A stretch of DNA of 64,000 bases from Macrostomum lignano (lineage: Eukaryota). Location of the stretch: contig NIVC01002299.1 in NCBI GenBank assembly GCA_002269645.1, positions 62,001-126,000 on the forward strand, read 5' to 3'. Below, piece after piece: positions 24,601 through 39,600 of the stretch. Both the position numbers and the translations under genes were made by a program. Within the stretch, counting starts at the first letter, position 1. Every line of letters begins with the position of its first letter. Under the pieces are notes generated by a model that saw nothing but the letters and a program-made list of their open reading frames with translations, had not been told where the DNA came from and ran no database searches.

Positions 24601-27600
24601 AAAATGAATTAGAATTCTTCTACCTCAACTTTCTACTAACAGTAGTTTAAACGCAACCGTGCTGAATGGCCCATCGGCCATCACCTACAGTAACTCGTAT
24701 TGTAGTATTTGAGATATTAATTAGCAAAAGTAGAAGCAAAAGTATACAAACGCTCACAGTGGGCCGATGCGAGCTCTTGCGCACCAGGGCGCTCAAACAG
24801 GCCACCATCTGAGTGAGAATGCGCGGTTCCACCACGATGGCAGCCAGCTCGCTGCACAGCCCGATCGCCGACAAGGTCAGCCGGTCGAACATATCCCGCT
24901 CCGACTGGGTGTCCTTGTCCTCCTCGGTCTGGTAGAACTTGTTGGCGAATGCCTGCAGAAACGGCAGCACCGCGTCGAACACGTAGTGAAGTGACGCGTG
25001 ACCGCGGAAATCGTCTTCGCGCATCCTCACCACGGCGCTGCGAGAGGCGGTCAGGGGCTAGTAACTCATCGGTTAAGACTAAAAAATCCTAACACCTTTC
25101 GCCCTCAATCTTGCTATGCTTTCCTTGCCTATTACGTTATCTTAAGTTAGAACTCCTTAATACATCAGCCTAACGATTTCTGAACATGCAGACCTAGACA
25201 AGTTATTTAGAATGATCCTGAAGACAACTGAAAACTTCGTACTTGAAGTTAATCCCCTTGTAACATTCTCTCTTTTGAAAGCTAAAAAACAAGCAAGCTA
25301 ACATCAGTAGAAGTCAGTCAGAATTATCTAGGCAAGATCAGAGTCTTTGATTTTTCGCGGAGACGACATTAAGCAAAATCGTACTTTTCCAAGTTAAGTT
25401 TCAGCGGCTGGGTCTCGTCCTCGGCAACCAGTGTAGAGCACAGTGGGCAAGCGTCGTGCAGTCGCAGGCTGAAATTCAATTAAACAATATAGAATTAGCA
25501 ATCAAAATTGAACGCACGGAAGTTTCCCAGAAGTTACGAGCGTAAAACCTACATGACTGATACAATGTAGAACGATGTCTATCTCTATTTTGCTTCTATC
25601 GCGAACATCAAATAACACTTACACAATTGCTTGTTTTGCAATTCGATATTTGCATGGAAATCGATATTCTATATTTAGTTACTATAAGTAAACGCCTCAT
25701 ACATGTATGTACAATGATTCATCTCACATTTTAGGGAAAGGCCGCATCGACATGAAGTACACGGTGTCCCGAGCTGCGTCATTTCTTATCCAACGGGTGA
25801 GGCCGTCGAATTCGAGCGTCAAGTGTCTCACGTACTCCCAGACGAGTCTGTTGATTTGAGGTGATGCTAAATTATAAAATGAGTTAATGACTGACGCGAA
25901 TACTTGCGCCGGCACAAGCCGCTACAGCGTTTAAGCTCAAAACCTGCGAGCTTTGGCCTCCAACAGTGAGAGAGTTGATCCACAACTCCGAATAATGAAT
26001 TTTGTTTAAACAGAATCGCGATAACATTGTTTTAAAACGATTAAGCAGTTGACAGGTGAGAAAGAGCATCCATCCGGCAGTGAGAAATATATTGTGCCGA
26101 GTAAGTGAAGTTTACGAAGCATTACCAAAATGTACGACTCAGGCAGACAACACTTTTGTTACAAAATGTAGCACCGATTCAAAAGAATCGGAGAAAAACA
26201 TTTTGATGCTTTTATCTATCCTGCGATTTTTCGAGCGAAATTATGGTTTGCTAAAAACCACAACACGATTTTTTCAGCACATGAACTGAATATAAATAAA
26301 CTTTAAAATGTTAACAATTAGTTTGATTTGATGCGGCAAAACTATTGATTAACTTACTTTTGATATCTGAAAGTTTGGGCGTTTAAGCGGTGTTTCAAAG
26401 TGAGAAATTGGATATATTTAGTCAGCATAACCACCACCATAACCAGCACCAAGTACGGGCTAATTAACTAAAAACTGGTAATAAATATATGATTAAAATC
26501 TGGAACATTTTCAAATTGTCAATTGCTAAAGCTAATAAACAATACATGGGTTTTAATTGTCATGCGAGCGTCTCTAGCATTTTATGTCAATCATCTTTTG
26601 CATGGACTGCTAGTCTGGTCTAAAAGATAAAAAATTCAGCAATTTGATTGGAAGCTACATCACTTCAGCCATTTATTCTATTCGGGACGAGGAAGAGGTC
26701 ATGGGAGGTACAGAAATCGTGACGATCTTCGCGAAACTTCGGATGCAGTAAGAAATAATAAATAAATACTTTGTTCTTCAGCAGCTCTTCTTTCAATATG
26801 CTTTAAGCTTGCAATATTCCGCAGCTATACTTTGTTATAAAAAATTTACTACTGTATTTCTTCAACTTTCCGGAGAGTAGTACCTTTCGAACTATTCGTA
26901 TAAATATAAGGTACCTGCTGTGCCAATCCTCACTGAATCTTAATTCAGGAACTTAATAATTGATAAATACCCAAATAATTAATCAATTACAGTTAGTCGA
27001 AATACCAACCGACCAAATCTCCATCTGCCTTTATTTCCTTACAAAATAACGGTAGATACCTCGTGTGTACAGTATATATGTACATACTTTATCAATACTC
27101 TTTGCTAATTGGGCAAAATGGGTTAGAAAAGATCTGTACGACGGAATGTACATCACATCGGAAAGAAATCTCTTCCTAACCCACTTCACCACCAGTTCTG
27201 GGTAAGGAAAAAAGAATGTACATACATATACGCTCTGTACCTTACCCAACCCTTTAAACGGCTTTCTCCCATTATCGCGCGTCATTTAATTCTAGGACAC
27301 TAAATACAGTACAATGTACGTAAACACGTGTTGATTAAGTATAGATAAAGTTCAGTTGGATTAAATTACGCATGTGCACTAGCTAATAAAACGATTTTAA
27401 AAAGTAATAAATCCTTATTGAGTGGAACATTGGAAATTAAAACTACGCTCGTATGATCATTATCATTAATCAGTACTGGCTGCATCGGGCCAATGTACTG
27501 TTAATTTCAGGCCCGCATTAAAGCCACTAAAATAGAGCTTACAGGGTACAGCCTTTATACGATCTATCACTGAAGGGATTAGCAGAGCAGTTGTCAAACT

Positions 27601-30600
27601 GTCTTGCTAGTTGATTGCTAACGAGCCAATAGACAACCTGTTAAATGAAGGCTAGCAGTCCGAGCCAAAATTCAATTCCGGATAAAAAGCCGAATAACAA
27701 CAATTCTTAAAAGCATAAGCTCACAATGTATAAGTAATATAAGCAAGGGCTATTTCTGCTGCAAATAAATAACGCAGTTATTCGCTAAATAGCCTTTAGC
27801 GATAAGCACAGAAATTACCGCCGCTTCAATGCTCTATCAAGCAGCAGAGAAGGATGCCTGCCGACCGGCTGGGCTGAGAAGTCAGCCGCCAAGAAGTAAA
27901 ACTCCCGTTTTCCAACCGCCTCTCCTGGGACACCCTGCTTCATGCGCTGCTCGCGCAGCCCCTGTCGCTGCTCCTGCTTTGCTCGACGTCGCAATGCTCT
28001 AAGTGAGAGGTCCCCGTTTGGTTTTGTATTGGATATTTGTAACTACTCGTTGCTAGAAGCAATATTTTCAACAATGGAATTTATATTATTACATTAGGCG
28101 CAAAACAAAAGAAAGTTAGTGCATGAAAATAGTGGTGCGTCTATCTATAACACTTTCAAATAATGTGCTGTGCGCTGTAAAGAATGGAAAGAATTTTAAT
28201 TAGAAAGTTAAAATGCATAAGCTCATTATTTACATTTTACATGTACATTCTCGAAAAGAATAAGCTGTGAGGCCAGTCTGAACTCGATGGAAGACATAAA
28301 AATATCAGAAAAAGAAAAACTAGAAGAAAGGTTGATGCCTAAGCTGCTTTCGATTGGGCAAGTATTTCAGCTTTATTGGTTAAAGTTGTACGTCAAGTAA
28401 AGTTTATTCTAGCGCGTGTGTAGATCATTTAGACTTTAACTTTGGGTAGGCTGTGTGTATTTCTTCCCCTCTTTCCCCTTTGCCTTTTTCTATTGGCTCA
28501 CTTATCGATCGATCTCTTACCCCCTTAGCCCATCATCTCTTACCCCATCCGACCACGTCTTTAGCGAACTCTACCCCCCTGTCCCACTTTATAGCCTTCC
28601 GCAGCGATGTACATTTTCAGTTGCGTCATTAACTAATGTACATTCGACGACAACACTTGATAATCGAGCTGCTTAACTTTGATATAACGTCTATCGAGCC
28701 ACTCCCAGAGAGAAAAAATGATCAGAGTGAGCATATACGTTTCTAAAAGTGCATCGGGTTTCCCCACAGACTAATTTTAGAATAAATCGACGATAGTATC
28801 TATCGTCAGGATTTCCCTTGAGCAAAACTCGACACAATTTTTACCATAGATTCAATGAGGCATATGACTACTCTCTTCATTATAACTCTCTGAGCCGCTT
28901 CAGCAGCCGATCTTTTTCGAAATCTAATTATATCTACGTAAAAGAACTTAGCCTCTGCATTTTGATGAGATCTACTTTGCAGACTTAAGGGAAGTTGACT
29001 GGCATGATGAGACACTGCTTTGAGGAACAACGAAGATACTGAAGCTTCTTTACAACTTTTGAGTCAAATAGATATTAGTTAAATGAACAGGGGTAAGCGG
29101 ACAACTCACCTGTCCTGGATAATGTCGGGTGACCGGTTCTCAGCTGTGCTGCCGCTGGTCTTCATGTAAGCGTAGAACATGTAGCGCAGGAACGGCTTCT
29201 TTAGGTGGTTCTCCACGTTGGGATCGTTGAGAATGCAGAGGATCTCCTCGACGCTGATTATTGTCTGGCAGAGCGACTCAATGTAGCGATTCTCCCCCTC
29301 GGCACAGGTGGCTAGGAGGTCCACTAGGCTGATCAGGTACTGGCAATGACTGGCGCCTCTGTTACCGTTGAGCACCTCCATGCTGAAAGATCCGGGCCAT
29401 TTTCAATGCTTGATGTTAATTAGCTCGCACTTTGGGGAGACTGGCACTTCTTCGGCCTGAGATTTCTGTCTTGATAAACCAGTTTACAGCTGTTCCTCCC
29501 CCTTTTCTTTCCTTTTGTTCACTTTCATTTCGTCCGTTGCTCTCACTAGAGTTTGAATTCTCTCTTGAAACGATTTCCCCGTCTCAAACCACATTTCCTT
29601 CTCTGTGATATGCACTCCGATTTCCCCTTTATCAGAGCCCCCGGCAGTCCAGTCAGCCTTACCGGTCTTTGGTTGTACACTGCTCCAGAACGTAGCCAAC
29701 CTTGCTATAGTTCTGCATAATGTACTTCATCACCAGGGTCTGGTTTCGCTTCAGCGCCAGTCCCGGCCCTTCCACTTTGACGATGGCAGAAAGCAGTTCG
29801 AGAAACTCCGGCGCCCGCTCCTGATTCTCGGCCACCAAGCCGACTATTCGGGAGATCTGCCTCGGCAATATTTTCAGGCATAGCTCCTGGTTGTTTACGA
29901 ACACTTCCTTCAGTGCCAAAGCCAGGTCCGGTTCAACTAGGCGAACCCGGAGCATGCTGTCCAGGTTGTTGAACACATGGTTTTGTACGTCTTCGTAGCG
30001 AATAGTTAGTGCTTTCATCAGTCGTACAGCTTTGCGCAGTACGCCCACCGTCTCGTGGTACTTCTCCGTTAGTTGGACATCCGTTTCCGTTGAAAGGATG
30101 TCGAATACCACGCCTAGGACGTCTGTGCAGTGCAGGATATGGGAATTATCGACTGCAGTCGCATAAAATGGATAAAGGATTGATTGGCTGGCGGAGTGAG
30201 GCAGGTAAGGAGTGAGGTGGGTGGAGCAGTGAGGTTGGTGAGTGAGTGAGGCGGGTGGAGGAGTGAGTCGGATGAAGAATGAGGTGGTGAGGAGTGAGGT
30301 GGGTGGAGGAGTGAGGTGGGTGGAGGAGTGAGGTGGATGGAGTGAGGTGAGTGGAAGAGTGGGCGTGTAAAAAGTAAAGGTGAGCGATGGGGAAACATTT
30401 ATTTTGAAGCATACTGTGTACAATAATAAAGATCCCATTTTAATGAGTATTTGGAAATCACATTATTCAATAAAAGTAATAGAGACAAGTTAAACCTAAA
30501 GTACATAGCGTGGCTTTCTAGTTTACCAGTCCAGTTCGGCTTGGCACAGTAAAAGTACAGACGTGTTGCCAAATATAGAAGTGCATCACCACTGTTTGCG

Positions 30601-33600
30601 CTTCTTTTGATTGTTCTTTCTTGCTTTTTCTGTCTGAGTCTCTGGGAGGGCTCCGAGACAGAACAAATACTGTATGCATTCTTGCTGTAGCTTGACAAAA
30701 GATGCCAAATAAGAAGTATACAGAAAGGGGCAATCTTGATTAACTAGCGAGTTTGCTCAGGTAAGCTAGAGTAGAGAAGATTTTTTAACTTCTAGACAGG
30801 TTGGGCAACTCACTGTGACTCAGCATCAACCGCTGGTTCATGGGGTGAGGTTCCTCCTCAGCCTTGGGCAGGTGGCACAGCTCCCTGAGCTCGCTAAGAA
30901 TAGTCTCAATCTTCACCGCCTGATCAGACGTCCACTTGCTCCTGATCATCATCTTGAGCAGCGGCACCTGCTTGCCGACCTCCCGGTGCACCCGGCAGGA
31001 GTCCGGCGTGATCAGTACCAGAGAATTCACAGCCAGATTGAACATCGAGCTCTTGGCCGAGTGCAGCTTGTTGAGCAGCTGGAGAGAGAGCTGCACCATG
31101 GGGTCGTATTCGTAGTGGGCAAGGTCCTGCAGAGGGTTGGTTAGGCAATCAGTACAGTCAGACGCGTACAGTCAGAGCCAAACTTGACAACTGACAAGTC
31201 AGCAGCAGCTTACGATTAGGATCGACGTCAGGGCTATGTTGTCCACGTGGCGGGACGACTCTTCAAACATTGTTCTCAGCTCTTTCTTCATCCTCTTTTG
31301 CACTTGCAGCGCGCTTCTGCGGGAGCAGTTTTGACACGAATTTACTTCAAGAAGCAGCTCCCATCGATTCTGCTTTAAACACTCCTTATGACCTAAATCA
31401 CAGATCACTCAGATCCCCGCTCACTCGGATCCCTAAAATTCGATGCTCCTCACAATTCAGTCAGGGTTGAGGGGGGAGGAACGTTTCCAAGGTGTGGGTG
31501 AGATGCGACTCACTTTCTCGTGTCGAATGGGTCGAAGGAGTCGTACAGGGCCGGCACCAGCGGGTGAATATGCTTCCTTCTGGTGGCGACTTCGCTGATC
31601 TCGCTGTCTTTGAACTTCTTGATAAACGACTGTGGGATGAGGAATGGATAAGCATTCCAGTGTGCTAAGTGACTATATTTTCTATTTTGCTTACAAGCAT
31701 CCGCGTTCAGAAGCATGAGTTTCAGCGGTAAACACGTCTGACTCTCACGCCACGACCCCTGGTTCCATTCCAGTTGCGCAATTGTTCCTATCGCTAGGGA
31801 TCGTTGGGCATTATGATGACATAACAAAGTCAACAGTAGAATTTTTGTTTCAAAGATACATGAAGGGAGATTTTATTTTTTAATACTGAATAAGAAATTA
31901 TCTGAGCACACAAGGTGCAGATGTGTTCGGCCAAATATTGTAGCGTGCCTGTCTTCTGAACGGATTTACATCGAACGAGTCAAAACTCACTCGATTACTA
32001 ATGATACGATTTGGGATAGGATATGCATCATATATTAGTAATAGTGTTGGCAGTAGGAATTAAACTGATGCTGAGGCGAGAGTCGGAAGTGTCTACCGCT
32101 GAGCTCGCTCCACCCCAAAGAATATGGGGGCTACTCACCGCCAGCCGGGCGTTCTCCTGAAAAGTCATGACCAAGTCCAGCACCTGCAGGGCGGCGTGCT
32201 TGGCCCGCACGATGGCCTGCGTCTCCGGACTGCGCCGGAACCGCTCTGTTTGCTTGAAGCGCAGGACCGCCTTCTTGCGCTCCTTAGAGAATTCTGCCGA
32301 TTAGTGGTGGCGAAGCTTTTGAGCTAACGGCGCTGTCAACTTGAGAATCGTGATTTCAGAACTGGTTTTGCTGGCTAACTAACATCTTCATTTTGGGGTC
32401 TTACCCGAGCTACTTGCCTTTATTCGGAAATCCTAGCATCAGTTTTCCCTATCCGTGTGAACCCGTACACACGATTCATCCGATTCTGATATCCCATCCG
32501 AGATCGCACCCAGATCCCGTCCTAGAGGTCACATCCAAGATCTCGATCATTAGATCTCCGATTCCAAGATCCTGTCTCAGAGATCAAGAGACAGATCCCT
32601 GTAGGAGATGGGGATTAAATTATTTGAGTCGAGTCTCACCCCTGGCCGGCATCCTGTCAGGCGGGAACGGGATATCGTTCTGTCCGTCCAGAAGATTTCT
32701 AAGCGCAGGCAGCAGCCGGCCAGATCGTGCACTTCACCGTAGTAACCAAACTTGACCAGGTAGTGCAGCAGTTTCAGCACCTGCTCGATCAGAATATTAT
32801 TAGCCACCTGCGAGGCCACCATCATGCGATTTTGGTCGAGGAATTCGGCAATCCAATCCCGGATGACTGGGAATATCGTCACCAGGTCTTTGGCAGCCTG
32901 GGCGTGAGTTAATACAGGGAACGAGCTTCTTATAATTTTGAAAGATTAAAAAACAGCTTTGATAGAAGCGTCTGCCAGTAACAAGTTAGCTATAGAAGTT
33001 TTTATCTCCTGGGATGCTAGACTTGGTCTCCGGATGGGGCTAGACTTGGTCTCCGGATGGGGCTAGACTTGGTCTCCGGATGGGGCTAGACTTGGTCTCC
33101 GGATGGGGCTAGACTTGGTCTCCGGATGGGGCTAGACTTGGTCTCCGGATGGGGCTAGACTTGGTCTCCGGATGGGGCTAGACTTGGTCTCCGGATGGGG
33201 CTAGACTTGGTCTCCGGATGGGGCTAGACTTGGTCTCCGGATGGGGCTAGACTTGGTCTCCGGATGGGGCTAGACTTGGTCTCCGGATGGGGCTAGACTT
33301 GGTCTCCGGATGGGGCTAGACTTGGTCTCCGGATGGGGCTAGACTTGGTCTCCGGATGGGCTAAGTCTCTGGAGGGCTAAGTTGTTTATTATGTATAATT
33401 AAATTAGCTCGTATATTAATCAAAACAGAGAATCCATGCACTTTACGGTCGCTCTCGGGCCCCTAAAAATTCGCGCAAATATGCAATGCTGCTGGCACAG
33501 CTGAGATTCAAAGCGCAAATGAAAGGCGCAAGCTTGTCAACAGAGATCGTTGCTACTAAAGTACATTTCTTTTGTTATCGGTAAGACTTGTAAAATTGCG

Positions 33601-36600
33601 ACTCAATACGTTAAACTAATTAGTAAGACTACCATCGCCGCTCGCAAACATTTCAATCTGCATTAAGGAGTTATTTTGCAACTCTCAACTGTATGGTCGA
33701 ACAGATGAAAGAATGGGGAAGCATCGAACCAGCGACCTTCTCCTTCTAATATCTTTGTCCTTAGACCTTTTGATTGCCTATAGAATTGATAATTAGTTTT
33801 TACTAATTATGCGCGCTGATTAAAGAAATCCGATAAGTTTTCACGCAAATACCCTTTGCTGCTCTAAACGGCTCGGTTCTCCAACTTTTCTGCCCTGTTT
33901 CTGCTCGTGTTGAGACATTGGGAGTAGCGAAACAGAGGTGTTAAAAGTGAGAAAACGAATTACAATATTTAAAACAAACGAATCGTCTGGGACAGGGTAG
34001 CTCGCAGTCATTCAGACATCAGACATTTGACATTATCTGGCTATTCGGCCCACCTGCAGTCACTGCTGCAACTGCAAAAAGCGTCTCTACGCCTAGACAT
34101 CGGATTATCGACATCAGCACTCTCTCAGTCTCCCGTAGTCAGCAGTAGAGCTGCCACAGGCTACATACCGACAGAAAACAGCTGTAAATTTTATATGTCG
34201 AAAACCGCATTCGATTCGAGCACTGGGGCACAGAATCTATAGCCATCGAAAGCAGACAGAAACAAAGCCTTGCACACAAACGTTTAGTTCAAACATTTTG
34301 TTTAAAAGCACCCACCCGCCAAAAACTAGATTGTTTAAGATACTGTCTCTATCTTGGGTGATTGTGTCTCTATCCTGTGTGATTTTGCCTCTATTCTGTG
34401 TGATTGTGTATCTATTCTGTGTGATTGTATATCTATCCTGCATGATTGTGTATTAATCCTGCGTGATTGTGTCTCTATCCTCTGTGATTGTGTCTCAATC
34501 CTCTGTGATTGTGTCTCTATCCTGCGTAATTGTGTCTCTATCCTCTGTGATTGTGTCTCAATCCTCTGTGATTGTGTCTCAATCCTGTGTAAATGTGTCT
34601 CTATCCTCTGTGATTGTGTCTCTATCCTCTGTGATTGTGTCTCTATCCTCTGTGATTGTGTCTCTATCCTCTGTGATTGTGTCTCTATCCTGTGTAATTG
34701 TGTCTCTATCCTCTGTGATTGTTTCTCTATCCTGTGTGATTGTGTATCAATCCTGTGTAATTGTGTCTCTATCCTCTGTGATTGTGTCTCTATCCTGTGT
34801 AATTGTGTCTCTATCCTCTGTGATTGTGTCTCTATCCTCTGTGATTGTGTCTCTATCCTGTGTAATTTGTGTCTCTATCCTCTGTGATTGTGTCTCTATC
34901 CTGTGTAATTGTGTCTCTATCCTCTGTGATTGTGTCCTTATGCTTCGTGATTCTGTCTCTATCCTATGTGGGCAAATGCAGTTAACGAGTACAGCTGACA
35001 CTCACGTATTGCTCGGGTGAGCTGGTCTGATAAGTGAAGTCTTTGGTGCCGATGTATTCGTAGATGAAGCACAGCTGGGGACTCTCCACTACAGAGTAGT
35101 TATTGCCAACGTTCACGAATAGACCTGTTTATATAGGTGGGTGGGTATTTATGACTACCGTAGGTCCTAACTAGGTGTATGGATAGTTAATTTTTACCTA
35201 TGATAATTTCGCAATACTTGGCCCGAAATTCGTGCGGCAAACTCTCCGATGACAGGCCAAGATAGGCCTCCTCCCAAGTCAGGTAGGACAGGTCCTTGGT
35301 GATAAGTCGGATGCAGTCCTCATTGCGCCCCTGAATCAGCATGCAAACATTGAGTGAAATGCCAATTATCACATTGTACTTGTCTTGTAACAACAAAGAA
35401 AACTAAAATGATAGATCAGAAAGCAACGACGGTAACAACAGCAAACAACGAAAACAAAGCCTTATCAGGGTATTGTCTCATACAACGGCATCCACTACAG
35501 CATTCCATGCATCATCCACTACAACATCCCATGCGTCATCCACTACAGCATGCCATGCGTCATCCACTACAGCATGCCATGCGTCATCCACTACAGCATG
35601 CCATGCGTCATCCACTACAGCATGCCATGCGTCATCCACTACAACATCCCATGCGTCATCCACTACAGCATGCCATGCGTCATCCACTACAACATCCCAT
35701 GCGTCATCCACTACAACATCCCATGCGTCATCCACTACAACATCCCATGCGTCATCCACTACAACATCCCATGCGTCATCCACTACAACATGCCATGCGT
35801 CATCCACTACAACATCCCATGCGTCATCCACTACAGCATGCCATGCGTCATCCACTACAGCATGCCATGCGTCATCCACTACAGCATGCCATGCGTCATC
35901 CACTACAGCATGCCATGCGTCATCCACTACAGCATGCCATGCGTCATCCACTACAGCATGCCATGCGTCATCCACTACAGCATGCCATGCGTCATCCACT
36001 ACAACATCCCATGCGTCATCCACTACAACATCCCATGCGTCATCCACTACAACATCCCATGCGTCATCCACTACAACATCCCATGCGTCATCCACTACAA
36101 CATGCCATGCGTCATCCACTACAGCATGCCATGCGTCATCCACTACAGCATGCCATGCGTCATCCACTACAGCATGCCATGCGTCATCCACTACTACAGC
36201 ATCCCATGTGTCATCCAATACAGCACCCATGCGTCATCCACTAACATATCATTCGTCATACGCTGCAGCCTTCAGTATCCCATGCGTCATCTACAATATC
36301 ATCTCATGCGTCAGCCACTCACGTGACACAGCGCAATGAACAGGTCCAGTTGGGTGTGCAGGAACAGGCACCGCTCAACAGCCTCTGTATCATATGCGTC
36401 CGGCTGAACGAAGTCGACCAGGGGCAGCCAGCTGTGCTGCTGGTCGTAGCTCACGTAGGTCTCGTTAGGCTTCCTGTCGATGTTCTGGCCTCGGTTGGTC
36501 ATGTACACGCCCCGCTGAAAGGTTTGAGGCTAATCTTATCAATGAAGAAGCACTCAAAGAAACGTCTGGATGCCGAGATGGAGAGTTCCTAACTTTAAAA

Positions 36601-39600
36601 TCCGAGCTTCGTAAGTGAAGCCCCATTCAACAATGATGCTTTAGAAAGGAAAGGAAAGTATGCTTTACGTGAAGCAGATCTACTTCCAATCCAGCTATTT
36701 CAAAGTCCCCGCTTTTATTAAGCTTCAGTGCAACCGAAAAATAGCCAGCGTTGTACACTAACCGTGTCTTCGAGAAGCCACTTCTGCGCGATGAAGTTCT
36801 GATTCTCAGTGATGGCCACCCCATTGCATACGCAGAGAACCTTCAGCAGCTCCAAGTAGCTGTGATGCTGAAATATTAGTAGCTATGAGTAATACTTTCC
36901 GAATGAAAATATACATGAAGTATAACCGTCTACTAGTAACAGGTATGTCACGTGACTGATCTGAGGCCAGTAGCGACATGTGCATATGAGTGCTGCTGTT
37001 AGAAACTACCCGGTGATTCCCAAGGTCATTTTCATGCCCGGCCTGCTTTACTGTACACCGAGGGCAGGGGTGGGTGTTGACTGCTGGGAATCCCTCGAGG
37101 TCATTTAGAAATCACGCCACAGTCTCGTGTGAAGAGGCCAAATAAGAGGAAAGGGGGCGACAAAATAAACTGAACCGACTACTCTATTATTTCGCATCCT
37201 ATTTGCATTTTGTTTTTTATTCATTTAGCAAAGGCGCACCTCATTTTTCCTCAACAGCTCTACAAACACTTCAATCTGGGCGTTGCTGATGCGATCGACA
37301 ATTTTTCGATTATCCTTCATCAGTTCCACCAGCATCTTGGTGACCTTGAGGGCCAGCTCGGACTGAAATAGTTTGCAAATGCGTGATATCAAATGCGAAG
37401 AAAACAGGAAAGTTTTTCTTCAGCCAATCACAATTCAGCTAGGGGTAGAGATGGATAATAAAAGCCGGATTGCTCGCATCTAGATTTCTTTAGAATTAAA
37501 TCGATGCGCGGAAATCTCTAAACCTCTGCGATGCATCACTAATATAAGGTTAATAAATGAAAAGGCTTTGCAAGAAGTGTGGACTTTAAGACACAAAGTG
37601 TGCTCAAAATTGTAAAACAAACAGAATATAAAGAGGTGATCGGCATAGTGCATAGCCAAGAGGGTGACAATCTGTTACAACTACTGATTGAGCCCGTTGC
37701 TTCACCTGCAAAAAGAGCCAAGTAAATACATTACTATATTAATATATAAAGTATAAGCGGGTGAAAGCAACAGCTCTCCTCGATGTGTTAGACAAGTGCT
37801 GCTATTAATGTTAGAGAAAAAAGAAGACTGTGCTCAAGCAGCTCAAGCAGAAACGCACACTTTTAGCTTCTAAATCATCGCTTGCATCACTCTTTGCCTC
37901 GCTGGGAGCTGAGTCAATCTGAAAATCGGATGAGATCAATCTGGGCTGCTGAGGGACTTGTCATATTTTCATGCCTAAAGTTAAGCTGAGTTGTTAACTA
38001 ATCTGATATTGTGGCAACTCAGTTTAATAGTATGCCGAACCGGTCGGTAATTCAAATCGAAAGCGTTGTTATTTATTGTTGTTGCAACTGACAGTTACTA
38101 CTATTAATACTATAATGCGGTTATCCAATTAATTGAGCGACAGGCGGTTAAAAATTTTCAAAGATTCTGCGGTACGTCCAGCGTTTTGAAGGCGCTTAAT
38201 TTTTCTAGTAAAAATATCCTGCTGATAAAGGTGCAGTAAGTATAGTTCTTAGTGCTAGTGCTTTAGGTTGGCTCAGCCAATCACTGTTCGGTTTGGTTGT
38301 GGTCGGAGTGGGTTCTGGGGTGGTGGTCTGTTTGGGTTGGGTGCTTGGTGTGGTGGGGGCTGGTGTTGGGGTGGTGGGGGCTGGTGTTGGGGTGGTGGGG
38401 GCTGGTGTTGGGGTGGTGGGGGCTGGTGTTGGGGTGGTGGGGCTGGTGTTGGGGTGGTGGGGGCTGATGTTGGGGTGGTGGGGGCTGGTGTTGGGGTGGT
38501 GGGGCTGGTGTTGGGGTGGTGGGGCTGGTGTTGGGGTGGTGGGGGCTGATGTTGGGGTGGTGGGGGCTGGTGTTGGGGTGGTGGGGGCTGGTGTTGGGGT
38601 GGTGGGGCTGGTGTTGGTGTGGTGGGGGCTGGTGGCTGAAGGGGTGGCTGTTGGAGTTGTTGTTGTGCCTTATCTACTTCGTAGTAAGGGTGCCTTCTCT
38701 TCTCGCTTTCGTTTGCACAAGGCTTCAAGATTTAAGCAAATGGTTTATTTACCTTGTCAACCATTTGCGTTTGAAAGAACTCGATATACTTGGCAAAGTA
38801 CAGGGCATTCTTCCGACTATTGCCCATCATGTAGGTGTGCAGGATGTCGTACGCCTCGCTAAACACCTTGGTCAAATTGTGCTCGTCTTGCACCGCTTTT
38901 AGCGGAAATTTCAACAGCGTGACCAGCAGATCGATCACCTGGAAAAAAAGTGCGTGAGTTTGATAGTTGCCAGATTAAACTGGTGCTGAAGCTGTAACTA
39001 ATGCAGCCGCCTGTCAATCATCTCGCTCACCCGAAGATTCCGCAGAAGCTTCTGCCTCGCCTTGCACGGCTCGCCGTTCACCAGCATGAAGTTGCGCAGC
39101 TCCCTCAGAGCGTGGCAGATTCGAAATGTTTCCTTGCTGGTTAGCGGCCTGCCGATTTGTCTCTGGGAAGTGTTTTTTAATGTTTTTGCTGCCGTTATTA
39201 TAATAATTGGTATCCGCTAACTAGTATCCAGGGGTGAGTCACGCAGGTTTTGTACAGCCAGCAGCCTCAACTCTCTCGCTTTCGGGGGGTCACTTTGCAT
39301 TCATAATCGTAAGAATCTTCATTAGAGTTTCTAACATACAGGTATTAATCCCTAATTAGATATCCCAAAATCCAAGTATTAATCACTGATTAGAGATCCC
39401 ATTATCCAGATATTAATCGCTAATTAGGGATCCCGAAATCACTAATCTCTAATTAGAGATCCTATTATCCAGGTATTAATCACTAATTAGAGATCCCATT
39501 ATCCAGGTACGAATCCCTGATTAGAGATCCCATTATCCAGGTAATAATCCCTAATTAGAGATCCCATTATCCATGTCAAGTACACATACTTGACTCGCTG

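Noticed and set aside
35354-36339. His/Pro- and Thr/Ser-rich repeat ORFs up to 296 aa
   Set aside because: 24-bp intronic minisatellite
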